A stretch of 64,000 bases of DNA, taken from Ramazzottius varieornatus. Taxonomy: Eukaryota; Animalia; Tardigrada. The DNA lies in NCBI GenBank assembly GCA_001949185.1, contig BDGG01000005.1, forward strand, positions 2,221,249 through 2,285,248. Direction: 5' to 3'. The notes beneath the pieces were generated by a model. The model saw only the letters and a program-made list of their open reading frames with translations, searched no databases and was not told the DNA's origin. The first letter of the stretch is position 1; the number at the start of each line of letters is the position of its first letter. A program made the position numbers and the translations under genes. Shown here one piece after another: positions 51,601 to 63,476 of this stretch.

Positions 51601-52383
51601 CAAAGGTCCAATGCGAGGACTGACCAAGCAGCTCAAGAGAACATGTACCAACAAGTGTTGAGGTTCATGCTGGACGCAATCAATAGCTCGGCGGATGTGG
51701 AGTTCGAAGGGAGGAGGTCCGACTTAAGAAGACTGTCAGCGGACTTGCTGAAGAGCATGACGGGACAGGTGGACGTCTTAGTGTTCTTGAAAAGAGTCTT
51801 GGATGACGCGGCATACAGTCATGGGAAGTTCGGAGAGTTGAGGGAGCTGCTGTTGGGCATTCTGGACACTTACTCGTACGAACAGGTGAGGATGGCGTCT
51901 TCAGATAGAAATCAGGGGACTCTCACTGGTGCATCTCATCAAAGTACCTTGGTGTCTATTTGAGCGTACTATTCCCGGAATTTAATGCATTTCTGACTGC
52001 AGTCATTACTAATGATCGCCTTATGTTTCCTTTTTGGTTGCAGGTATTGCTATCGGCGACGCGGAACATGCTTCGAAGAGATATCCACGACCAGGTGACG
52101 CAGATGAAGAAGACTGCAGCTCGAGCAGTCCGTATCAGAAGTGCCGCCTGTGGGTTGTGCCGCTCCTCCTTGCGACGCTTCCCTTCGGCGGAAGAAGCAC
52201 AAGCCAAACTTGTGGTCTTTCGGTAAGTTCTTCTTCTTGCTCGATCAAGTGATGAATGCTAATGGGGCTTTTGTATTCAGATGTGGGCATGCCTTTCATA
52301 CGACTTGCGTTAAAGAGTCAGCGCAAACTTCCTCTGGCTCGCATCGGGAAACAAATGGTACGTGTCCATCCTGTGACCGCTGA
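45698..52383 (+). CDS. VPS8: VPS8 (CORVET subunit): beta-propeller, alpha-solenoid, C-terminal RING-H2; about 20 exons
   Basis: PTLESILNE; FTDNGGS; VYQSSFYKGLAT; ALGNKLIIYVSCCL; C-terminal CGLC..VFRCGHAFHTTC..CPSC. Confidence 0.93.
47988..48065 (+). ncRNA. Intronic box C/D snoRNA, copy A (degenerate box C)
   Basis: C-like ATGTTGT 47996; guide TCAAGCTCAACAGG 48007-48020; D' CTGA 48022; D CTGA 48054 or 48059; TGTTC/GAACA stem. Confidence 0.7.
48505..48598. repeat. Foldback palindrome family, copy 10 (VPS8 intron)
   Basis: caagggcgcacggttccag..ctgaaagtgtgcgccgcttgggaaaa..cttgtcgagct. Confidence 0.85.
49272..49345 (+). ncRNA. Intronic box C/D snoRNA, copy B
   Basis: C GTGATGT 49279; guide TCAAGCTCAACAGGG; D' 49305; C' GTGTTGA; D 49336; short terminal stem. 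Confidence 0.82.
49885..49957 (+). ncRNA. Intronic box C/D snoRNA, copy C
   Basis: C ATGATGT 49893; same guide; D' 49919; D 49947; TTCTC/GAGAA terminal stem. Confidence 0.85.
50613..50690 (+). ncRNA. Intronic box C/D snoRNA, copy D (canonical boxes)
   Basis: C ATGATGA 50618; guide TCAAGCTCAACAGGG; D' 50653; C' TTGATGA 50663; D CTGA 50681. Confidence 0.88.
51070..51185. repeat. Second intronic repeat family, copy in VPS8 intron
   Basis: gtatgcaggtg..acctgcatac..ggtgtatgcaggt. Confidence 0.6.
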
Positions 52384-53118
52384 AGCCTGGTGATATTGCA
52401 TGTAATTCCTCTGTTTTTTAACAAATTGTTTGTGTTTTATACCTTCCCGCCGCAGCTACTGTAATTTCAAGTTTCTGTTTCATTCCGTATGTTAGCTCGG
52501 TCGTGATGATATTAGGTGCGGAAGTGTGACTTGCAACTTTTTTCTGAACATCAACTCAAAAAAATCATGTCTCTCTTTTGGGACAGGCGATCTCCTCCAC
52601 ATCTTTCGCACTGTAATGCATCGTCATTCGGCATTCGAACATGCCGTTGAATAATCAAATCGTCAATGCTAGTCGTGCTACAAAATCAGTTTAGTAAAGC
52701 TGGCCGTTTGTGAAAAACGTGGCACTGTCGGTAAAACAATTTTCTCGAACGTCGAAAACTCTGTTATGTGTTCATATCATACACCGATAAACGTTCTTGC
52801 AAAAGCTCTATCAGGTTGTTTTTTTCAAAACATGGGCTGCTAAAGTTTTACGGGACGAAATCCGGACATGAAACCAAAAACCAAACTCTAATTCCATTCT
52901 CGCCACCCCGCTAAAGTGGCGCATTTTGCAGGTCGTTTTTGCACCCGGAAAAACGGAAATTCTGGTCTTACTGGTCTTATTAATATCGCTTTTGCGTTTT
53001 GCATCGCATTCTGAATTGTGGGCATTACGCATGGTTAGGCGGAAAAAAAGACGCAGTAATATTTGCAAAATCATTCTATCACAGTAAGCGAAGACCAGCT
53101 GAATGCGCCGAACGCCAT

Positions 53119-55949
53119 TTACAGCTCTAAGGATGCATGAATAAGTGTGGTGTCTTCGCGCTGGCCCTTCTCCAGCTTCTGTAGGTTCTGGTACAGCTTT
53201 CCCATCCTGCCGAACTTTAGGCGGCCTTCAAACTCGGGTCGAGCTTTGCGCTTGTAAAGCCCTTGGGCTCCTTCCGTGGTATTTTCCGGTACTGTTGTTC
53301 CTACCCGATTCTCCGTATTTGAACCTACAACGAACTCTTGTGAGCCACCTGTTACAAAAGCAACCAGATTATGAGGGATGATATGAACCTGGGTACGAGT
53401 GTCGTCTGACACGATCGAGGATGAGAGTTCGCAGCTCACTTCGGAGAGGTGTCGGGAGACGAGCATGCAAGTAATCGCGCAAACTTCGTACACTGTCTCC
53501 TTCCGATGAGTTGCTGTAGGCTTCCAAGATCATATCCAGCTCGACCTAACATCAACCTCATTGTAAAAGAAGACATCAACAACCAATACATTCGGGAACA
53601 GCGGATACGTACCCATAAAACTGCATAACTTTCAGCCCTGCAAGAAGAAAAAAACAAAAGCCCTTGGCGTAATCAGTCGCTTTAACCGTAACGTCCATTC
53701 CTGAACAGGGTACGCTCATATTTACCGTCGTGTGCCGGAAGGAATGGTACTCAACACCACGTGGGTATTCAGTCCGGGAAGAAGCGTGTTTTGGGCGTTC
53801 ATATCCAGCACTTCTTCGATGGCATTTCGGGCCGCGTGCCACTCGCTTCTGTCTTTTTTCTCGGGAGAAGCGACGACTTCGAATAGTGGAACAAACTACA
53901 ACTCAAGGATAAGTTCAGATAAGACGTCCGACCAACGGATTTTGCCCTTTTCCTGCGAGAATCCGACAAGGCTGTGCTCGGCACGAACTTGATGGGCGTT
54001 TTTTCAGAAAACGGGCGAATTCAACTGAGCACCCAAAAATAACTTACGGCGACTGCTAAGTACTGACCTGTGGCAGAAGGTACGCAAGACTGTCGCTGTA
54101 AATGAAGGGGAAGTAGGAAGTCATCTTTTTCTGCCTGCTCAGTGCTTGTGACGGAATAGGAAACTGAGACTTCGGGTCAAGCACAATGGTCTTCAGCAAC
54201 GTACACATTTCCTGGACAAAACAAGGCTAACGTCGGTGCGACCGATAATTTTCGTGGTCACATGCAGTGTCAATGGCTTTCAGCGGATACAAACCTTGAC
54301 ACGGTAATTGGTGACTTTGCCCCCTGGTACTTCCAAAAGTGAGGGAATGTCGTCTACTACTCGTTCTGTTCCAGACTTCAGCTGTAGTAAGCAGATCTTC
54401 CCGCCCGACAGGAAGAGCTTGCAGATCTTTACACCGGACTTCTCGACTTCTTGACTTTCAAGTAGGACTGCGTTACCTAAAGCAGGGAAAACAATCCATC
54501 CGACTGTATAAACCAACTATGAAAAACTAGTGATGGACTATCGAGTTTACCGTCAAGGACGTATCCGACCAAGCATTGCGTCGGCCTGGTCGTAGGGTCC
54601 GAAGGAGTCGTCCTTATGGGCAAAGCGTCGTCCAGTGGCACATGAGCGAACGTGGTCCCTTTCACTGGCTTCAGCCACTTCATCCGTAACGGCGTACCAC
54701 CGGGTCGACTCTGTGTCTTCTGTTCGGTTATCAAGCACGGATGGAACATGTCCACGTTGTAGGAGGTGGATGCCGCGCCTCCGGTCTTCACATCCTCCCT
54801 CATCGGAACTACGAAAATCCGACGACCCCAGTAGAAGAGCACAACTACTAGACATGTCAACCTCCCATCGTGACACGTATTCACTATTCAGATGCTTACT
54901 ATCAGTCACTATAGTCCGAGAAAGCCGAAGGTCCCAAGCAAGACAACTCTTGAAAGCTTCCAGAAGCTCAGTGCCTCCCGTAGAGATGTAGTAGAGTGTT
55001 ATGTACGCGTCATTCAGGCCGTCGATCTACAATGAGAAGACGCAATATAAGTGAGAAAGTGATAGTCCAGTAAATGCGCGTGAAGTTCTTACTTTTTTGT
55101 ACGATGGAGCTTTGGCTTCCGGTGAGGAACAGATGAAGACCGCGATCTCGAACCTTGTGATGTAGCCGATATTCTGCCGCATTATGCTTTCCCGAACAGA
55201 ATTCACGAGCACTAGCTCGTCCTTCTCGGTAGTTACTATCACGATGCGTACATAGAATGGACGGTCGGAAGAGACGTTCTCTATGTTCTCGTAATATACG
55301 GGAGCTGATAACAGCTCGTCATTCTCGAGATCTCTGATAGACTCGAACACGCTTCCAGCCGATGAAATGCTCATCGAAGCTGCCTTTGCAAACCTCTCCA
55401 ACTGAGAAACGGCACTCATGGCGATTCGGAGGTCCCGAAAGCGCGTGGTAGAGGAAGATGGCTGATCAGGCTGACCGGAAGTGGGGTATAATTTGAGTGT
55501 TTCGTCGTTCGGACCGCTGCCATGGATGGACACCTGAAAAACACATAACCACACTACTTTTGCTATGGAAGTTTAAGCCTCTGAGCACGAGTGACTTACT
55601 CCGTAAGAGGGGAAGATATCCCATGCAATTCTGCAGTATTCAAAGACGGCTTCGAGTATCCATGTAATCCATGTCCATTCAGTTTGAGCAACGAAAGACG
55701 TAGCGGAGCTGCGGCTGCTCAGCGTGCTTTCTTCACTGACGGGTTCGAATGATCCTGGAGCGGACGACCATAAAGCGGTAGAGTTCTCCAGGAGGAACAC
55801 GGTGCGGAAGGCATTTGGACGAGCGACTTTCCTCTCCTCCGACCTGCTAGAAGATCAACATCGATTTGCCATACTCGTACTCAAACAAAGGCACCGTCCC
55901 GTATCGCGCTTTCGACGTGCAGGTACCTGTTTTCCGTTCTCGTCGACAT
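53119..55949 (-). CDS. INTS13: Integrator subunit 13 / Asunder, multi-exon
   Basis: RTVFLLEN..EAVFEYCRIAWDIFP; SYNVDMFH; TTRPTQCLVGYVLDG; C-terminal RPEFEGRL..KLYQNL all match Asunder/INTS13 motifs. Confidence 0.88.
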
Positions 55950-56558
55950 GGTGCCGCACTTGTGCGCGTTAGCTTGACACCATCAGGAATGTTAGGAGAA
56001 AGGGATCGGGGCGGAGAGTCTTCCAGGAATCAAGAATCCAAGGAATCAGAAACACAAACAGAAGCTTATAAAGCGTACATGCGTAGTTTCACTCACATCA
56101 CTAGATTGCAGGTATGACATACGGATAAGCTGTCAGAGATATCCGTATGTAAGTACTATCGTACCGGAAGTCCCTGGATTTAGGCTCCATTCCCAGCACT
56201 CTAGCGCAACTGTACGACAATTTTTGCGGAAGCCACACACTGGTCACTGGTCATTATTTCACTCCGCAATATCGGACTCGGCCCGAACTACAGAACGAGA
56301 TAACACGATCGGAGAACAAAGTGCTTTCCGCAAAGTCTGCACAAAATACTCAGTGCTAAAAGACGAAGAAGGAAATATAAACAGATACGTACGAGTACAT
56401 CAGAGTAAAACTGCAAAAAGACTAATAACATGATCGCCTGCAGTGTGCAAGAAGCGCGACAATGGAATAAAAAACCACAAAGAAAACCAAATTAGTAGCA
56501 GACCAATATCATCGGAAAAATGGGATGCTTTCACTAGTTCGCTAACTGCTGGCCGAAG

Positions 56559-59500
56559 CTACAGTCTAAAGTCAGCATAGCCTTGTCCACCACTGTCCTC
56601 CGCCCCCACGGGAGATTCCTCGGAGATCTTAGTAACCTGTTCCGAAGCATGTTGATCCGCTTGACCATCGTGCCGCGTAATTTCAGGTTCTTCCGCCCCT
56701 TCGAGGTCTTCCGGCCGGAGCTCGGGGGCAGCTTCAGACTGTGCCAGTTCATCAGACCTATGGTCGACCCCCTCCCCCACCCACTTGTGCGACAGTTCGT
56801 CCGTAGCGTGGGCAGAAGTATCCGCGATTTCCGCCACTGCTTCCGCAACAATCTCGTCGGCAGGTCGTTCAGCTAAGGACAACCACAAAAGATTATCAGT
56901 ATTATGGAGAAAAAAATCAAAAGGCAGTGTACCTTGGTCGTTTGAAATTTTTGCGCTGGTGTCGACGTTATCCTCTTCCTCGGAAATGACGGAGTTCGGG
57001 TCGGTAACATTCTCTGGAGAGACCTCGTTTTCCGTAGCTACGTGATCGGGGGGATTGCCTGCCTTTGCTGTTGACTCCTCGTTAGCGGTCTCTTCCACCG
57101 CGAGATCTTTCACTTCGGAGGATTCTTCTTTTATGACAATATCGCCACTAACTGTCGACTTGTCATGCGAAATTTGGGCATCGATATCGGCTCCAGAATC
57201 CTTTTCTGGTTCGGCCTCCTCATTGACCTCTTCGCCACCCTAGTGATACGAAAACTTACGATAAAAAAAACCAAGAAGACCCAGCAACAGAATATTTTAC
57301 CGTATGTTCGGTCTTTTCCTTTTCAACTTCCGGTGTATCAGCTGCAAATGCCTCTTTCGACACCTGCATACTCTCCTCACCCACTTCCTGGTTGCCTCCA
57401 GGTTCCGCAGTACCAACCCCCATCGCGCTGCCATCTTCTCTAGGCGAAGACATCTGTTCTTCTGGATATAAGTTATCGCTGCCATTCTCGACTGTAGCTA
57501 CGGCCACTTCCTCTCCTGAAACCTTGCTCTCGGAAATTCCAGGCTGTTCATCGGACCTACCGTCCGCGTTCGAGCTACTATCCTCAGGGCCCACAGCTCT
57601 TTCTTCACTAGTTTCTACCGGAGTATCTTCCGACGCGTGTGCCTGAGGCTTCTCGTTCTGGTCGGACTGAGTGTCGACCACTTCCGGTTGACTTACACTC
57701 TTGTCTTCGTCTCCGTCACTAGCCACAGAAGTCACGTTTGTTACAGCTTGTTCGGTACTGACATGGTCTACCGGGTTCTCCGTCATTTCCGCATCGGCTG
57801 ACTCGTTATTGACTATCTGAGGGGAAGGTCCTGCCGAAGAACCGCCATCGACCTGGGGTGCAGGTGGGAAAGCCTGTTGTTGAGCTTGAGCGTTCAACAA
57901 AGCAGCGTTCTGCTGAGCTTTGTAGTTGGCTACGTGCTCCTCGTACATGGCGTAGTACTTGTCCACCATGGCCTGGTACTGATCTTTCGAAACCGGCCTG
58001 CATTCCTGTAAACGGAAACTTTCGATAAGTCTACCCACGGCAGATTAGTCAAGCAACTGAGAAGCCCACCTCTTTCACTTTCTGCCACTTTTCGGCGAAA
58101 GCTTCGTTGTCAGCTTCCAACTTGCGTTTCTTGATTTCATGCTTCTCGAGCAATTCTTTCTGGTCGGACAGAAGCTTCTCTTGATGGTGCGTAAGGGACT
58201 GTACGTTCTTCCGCAGCAACTACACAAAAAAACATAATCAAGTTTATGTTCTACAGCATCCATTACACCCCGTATTCCCAACGCAATGCACATACCTGAA
58301 CTCGCTGCTCGCTAACGATCATCCGTCCATCCGGTACAATCGCGTCACTGAATACTTCCGCCATGAGCTTATGGTTGCGTCGATATCGCGTCGAAGCGAC
58401 ATGCCTTGATCGGAGATGGTCATCCGCATCTACAAGCCAGGAAATAATGCCATACAAAGTCGTATATCACATAAGGTATTTAAAGTTTACAAGGCGACTT
58501 TCAAAAATTAGAAATGGTTAATGTACCGTCATCAGGTTCAGCGGGTGTGGTAGATGAATGATGTCCACTTCCGCTAGCTGTGTTCTTGGGTCCTGACATA
58601 ATCCTCTGGCTCATGGACTGCAGCTCTTCTAGTGGCCCATGGTGTGAGGAAGCTGGCTGTCCAATGCTACCATGCGAGCCACCGAGCGGGTTGGTCATAG
58701 CTCGTCCCGGGTCCACCGCGGGAGTCTTGGCCCTTTGCTCAGCCTTGGCTTCTTCCTCTTCCATCTGCTTCTTGTGCTTCAACCATGCCAAGTACTCCGG
58801 GGATTCCAGATATGCCTTCTGCGCTTGCGCATACTGTAAAGCGAAAACGAATATCGTGAGTGACATTTGATTTCTGGACAGTCTGTAATTTTGTTCCAAG
58901 AATAGTGTACATGTGGGACCTAAGCGAACATCGTCGACAATACCGTTTTTCAAGTGGCGCACGCTTTCAGCCAATAACCCTGAAAGCGTGCGCCACATGG
59001 GAAAACAGTCTCGTCGAGTCTGATTGTCAAGCTGTCAAGTCTATGTTCGATCGCTTCGTTCGCACCTTCTCTTTATCTTTAGCGAACTCTTCCGCGTACT
59101 TCTCCTTGACATCATCCGGACATTCTCTCCATCGTCGTCCGATAACCTTACCAATTTCAGCGAAGCTAATGCCCGGATTATCAGCTCGAACTGTTTCCCA
59201 TACCTACAAGAACTTCGGTCACATAATCAAGCTCAAGTTTTCCTCTACTTAACTTTCCAACACACGAAAGTGTGCTTACGGTTTTGCTGAAGCGTAAATA
59301 TGGGATGAGAGGTTTCTGCGGAGCCTTAGGTGGTTCCGTAGGTACATGAGTCGGAGCTGCTTTCGGTGCATGTTGGACTGGTGCATCCGCGTTGCTCGGT
59401 GTAGTGGCCCGTTGCTGTTGTTGCGATGTCGAAGGCATGTTCGGGGTAGCGTGTGCCAAGTACTGGTTCCGGGCATTCGTCAGATCGTCTTGCATGGCTG

Positions 59501-59859
59501 CATGTGGCTGGAATGGATTAGCTGGTCGCATCTGGTTGTTATTGACGTTAGAGTAGTAGGGTTGTCCAGTTGGATAGGACATGTTAGGCTGGCTTTGACC
59601 GGGATACGGTGCTCCATTGTACTGCGGCATCATCTACGGAGGCAGAACCAGGCATGGATAGTGTTCAAGGGAATCGTTAGAGAGATCTCACCGAGGGATT
59701 GTATGGCTGATGAGAGGCAGCGGAATGATGCTGTGTCATGTTGTATTCAGGCTGTAATCCTCCTGGCTGCTGCATGTTCTCGTTGCTGCGAAGAGTCTGC
59801 TGCAAGATGGATCCGTCGCTCATTCCACCAGGATAAGCTGCTGGTCTCATGTGAGTCAT
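56559..59859 (-). CDS. SMARCE1: SMARCE1/BAF57 (Bap111) with long acidic tail; start codon approximate
   Basis: HMG box PKAPQKPLIPYLRFS..IGKVIGRRWR; YLESPEYLAWL; NHRLI-type RYRRNHKLMAEVFSD followed by a coiled coil. Confidence 0.92.
58914..59021. repeat. Foldback palindrome family, copy 11 (SMARCE1 intron; best-preserved core)
   Basis: tggcgcacgctttcag-ccaataacc-ctgaaagcgtgcgcca, a perfect 16-bp stem. Confidence 0.9.
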
Positions 59860-60269
59860 GACTTCGGTAGATAGTCCCAAACAGGTTGAACAATGGTGAA
59901 TGGGCAATTGGTCATAAAGAGGAAGATGTGTGGCTCGGTTTTCCAAGTCCAGACAATGGAAACAGACAAGATTCGCTTTCCGCGTATGTCAGTTTGCCAG
60001 TGTATGAAACCAGCAAAGAAGTAATCAATAAATCAATAACGAATTTTCGTGAGTCAGAGTCGGATCTCTGGCGACCTTTCTGGGACAAACTGGTGTTACT
60101 CGAATCACAAAACTCGGTTATTGCAATCTCGGCAATATCAGCTTGCCCGCAAATTAATTCGGTTTTGTTTTCAAATTTCATCTTGTCAGTTGAGAATTCC
60201 CGAATCACGTCAACGTCGTCAGACGATCAACGGCGACCTCAACGAGACCCGTCGGGAGTGCTGCCTGCC
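59860..60269. promoter_or_regulatory. Probable bidirectional promoter between SMARCE1 and MCRS1
   Basis: Divergent start codons about 410 bp apart. Confidence 0.55.
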
Positions 60270-62846
60270 ATGGATCACGCGGGACACGGCGGGCAGTACA
60301 TGCCTGACTGGAAGAATGAACCAGAAGGCGCCGATGGATCAATGTCCGGCAGCCGATCTCCTGGGCTGAGCTCCCCTCACAGCAGCCCTGACCGGAACAC
60401 GGACGTTCCTTTTCAAGGTATTCTTGTTACACACGAGTTACATGCATGTTAGTTAACATTGTTTAGTTGCAGGCGGCAAAAGGGAATACGACGACCCGTT
60501 GGACGAAGCAGAGTTTACGCGTGAGTCTTCTCGTGCAAGCGAACCTTCCGATTCCGGGCTGCGCAGTTCCGCTCGTTCGGTAAAGCGCAAGAAATTTGCG
60601 GATGAGATCGTGGACTCCAGCTTGCGCCCCGCATACTACCGTAATAGGTCTGGAGGTGATCGAATGAAGGTGAAGGGTGCCACGGACCTTTCTCTTCCCA
60701 AGATGGCAACTCAGCCTAGCAGCCGTACTTCGACCTCGAAATCTAAAAAGAAGAAAGGTACCTTCCAACAAACCTCTATTCGTGCGTCGTAAGCAGCACA
60801 TGGAGTTTGATGTGTATGCATTAGGGGACTGAAACATGCTTTGAATGGTGTGGTCTTGCTTGGAATTTGGGAGCTCAGCGAACCAACTCGACAAATTTTC
60901 TTTCCAGGTGACGCATGTTTTCAGGGTCAATGGCTGAAAGCGTGCGCCACTTGAAAAAACGATCTTGTCGAGCTTGTATTTATGAGCACTATTCATCTAA
61001 TTTTGATGTGTTTCCGCAGGAAGTTCGCCTCGGTCATCCTCATCTACCAAGCCAATTAAAAAATCTCGAAAGAAAGACACCGGTCCACCAACAATGTCCA
61101 CCTTTGGTTCGAGTTCGTTTGGCGGCGCTGTGCACTCTCCGCTGGACCAAGGTTTGGAGGACAACTCTGACGTGTGGTATCCCGAACTTCAGGAGACGAA
61201 TGAAGCCGCGACCTCGTCGAAGTCAAAGAGCAAGAAGAGAAAGGGCGTCTCAGACGAAGCTGCGGCTAAAAGGGCCTGGATGGCTATGGACGACATGAAA
61301 CTGATTACCGCCATGCAGCAACTGCATGACTTTCCCCTGATCGCTAAGTATGTCACTTTTAGCACAAAGACAGACGCTGGTACCTTAGAAAAAAGATGGA
61401 ACGAACTGCTGAACGATCCGGAGAAGTGTCGAGTGTCCATGGACGTGATCGACAGAGTTCCGCTGGACAACATCCAACGTATAAGAAAGATGAAATTCTT
61501 CACCGAGGTAAGGCAAGGGAAACGGGCTTGTTTTCGTGTGTTCGCATACTGAGGACTGAGCAGCCATAAGTAAGCACAGTGTTAGCTGGATGGCAGTGTG
61601 TGCAGATTTATAATGGATAACAGCATGTTTATTGACTTTCACCGGACTATCTCATAAACTTGCATACACGTTGGTAGTTTGAGCATTACTTATTTGGTAT
61701 GTAGGTACATGACAGTCTGACGCGTTCTTGGTTTTGTCGGTTCACTCTTATTTCATTCCACATTTTTCCAGGTTGAAGAAGATGTTGTCAAGAGTGTCCT
61801 TCCAGCTGACGCGAACGTCGAGAACTTCGAGAAGGTCCTCCGACAGTATAATCACCTGTTCTTCCCAGGTCGTCAGCCGGACGATCTCTTAGCCAACTGG
61901 AAGTACGCTTCCCAAAGAGTAAAGACCGAGCTAGGTAAGGAGCCACCAGCCAGCAACCCTGAACTGCCAGCCAGCTTCTCTGATCTTAAAGACAAGTATC
62001 AGATTGATGCTATGCTGACGAAAGCTAGTTGTTTCGGTAAAGCCTTGCATGCTCTGACGAGCCACCTCAACTTCCGGTCGAAGCACATAGGCTGTGAAGT
62101 AGCGTACCTGAAGGCCTTGTCGGAGAGGCTGGCCACTGCTTCGCTTCCTGATCAACAACGGCCGAAATTCCAACGCGACCACAAGACGACATTAGCGTTT
62201 CTGTGTGGCGTTTGTGTGGACTATGCGATCATAAAAGAAGAAGCCACCTTCGGGTATTCTGATGAGAATGTCACGGTTGATATCGATTTGAGTCTCGAAG
62301 GGAACATCGTCAATCTACAGCCTATGCAGGGTAATATGTTATAGCATATTATGTCATGTCCTATTGATACATAGTACCATGGTGTGTTATGTCATGCTAT
62401 GTGTTGCAGGTGTCATCTACTTGGATGTGAACGGAGTCTTCCACATTGAGAACCGCGGAAGTTCGACAGTGTCCATCGATGGTCAGCTGGTCGAAGAAGG
62501 TTCCGACATGGAGCTTCACGAAAATGCCGCTGTAGATATCGGGACCTTAGCATTTCAGTTCTACCGGAACAACGCAGCTGTGAAGAAGCATGTCGAGAAG
62601 GTGGTGGCTGACTTTGCCGCCAGAGGGCACACAAATACGGCCCTCGAAGATGTTATAGGTTCTCCAGAGAGATACGACCACTTTGCTGGAAACGGCGAGG
62701 GTCGGTTGACAAGAAGCCCAAGTTCCGGTGGTTCGTCTGACGACTCCAGACCGCGTTTCCGCATTGACGAAGACAGGGTTATGAATGGTCATGATGACCT
62801 TTCGCACAAGAACACTGAGGACCGTCACGAATCTGACTCAGAGTAA
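60270..62846 (+). CDS. MCRS1: Microspherule protein 1 (MCRS1/MSP58) with C-terminal FHA domain
   Basis: RSSARSVKRKKFADEIVD; WMAMDDMKLITAMQQLHD..VTFS..LEKRWNELL; DIDLSLEG..QGVIYL..FHIENRG..IDG. Confidence 0.92.
60868..60977. repeat. Foldback palindrome family, copy 12 (MCRS1 intron)
   Basis: tgggagctcagcgaaccaactcgacaa..ctgaaagcgtgcgccacttgaaaaaacgatcttgtcgag. Confidence 0.88.
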
Positions 62847-63476
62847 GCTTGGATATTCCTGCAATGTTATATATGGTCTCGAAGGGAACGATTCGAACTC
62901 TTTCTTGATACTGTATTTTAACGTCATGTTGGTGTTTTGACGGTCATTATTTCAGGATTTACGGAAATGTATGTTAAATAAAAAAGGAACGAGAGAATGG
63001 GTCCGTTTGGGTTGTTTGCCTTGTTACAATAGTAACATGTTATGGTGGGTTCGGACCGGTCTCTCGCTGCGTTGCCGCGAAAGATCAAGAGATCCGCCCG
63101 GGCTCGAGAGAAATTCTCAAGAGACTGCCTCTTGAGTGAACTCGCAGGCATTGCTCCAGTAACCTAAAGCGTACTCTAGTGTTCAGCCTCTAATCAAGGT
63201 AGGGGTTCCCGACCTGGTTTATGAAATTCAGGGAATACGGATGACAGTTGTTTCCGGTAGGTGTTTCCAGCCGGCTTCAGCCAGTAACAATTACGGTAGC
63301 TAGGCCGATTGCTACGTAAGGTAACCGCTGGAAGTCGTAGGTAAGTCACCTGTTGTAATCTATATGTCACGAGATTACCTCTCGTGGATAATGTTAGGGT
63401 CTGAAGTACGGCAAAGATCATGCGTTCTTGTACTACTGAGAATGTCAGCAGGTCTCTGGTCCGTCCCCTTGGGGAC

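Noticed and set aside
56873-56932. In-frame, stop-free 60-nt intron in SMARCE1 (possible retained intron)
   Set aside because: Short 3n stop-free introns arise readily by chance in this genome; nothing supports regulated retention
57877-57889. TGTTGAGCTTGA complementary to the snoRNA guide inside SMARCE1
   Set aside because: It is on the non-transcribed strand; the mRNA simply encodes AQAQQ
20598-60977. Loop orientation seeming to flip relative to a TGGGAGCT flank (a flip/flop hairpin-replication signature)
   Set aside because: Copies 2 and 4 show the flank on both sides, so the element is symmetric and loop direction only reflects insertion orientation
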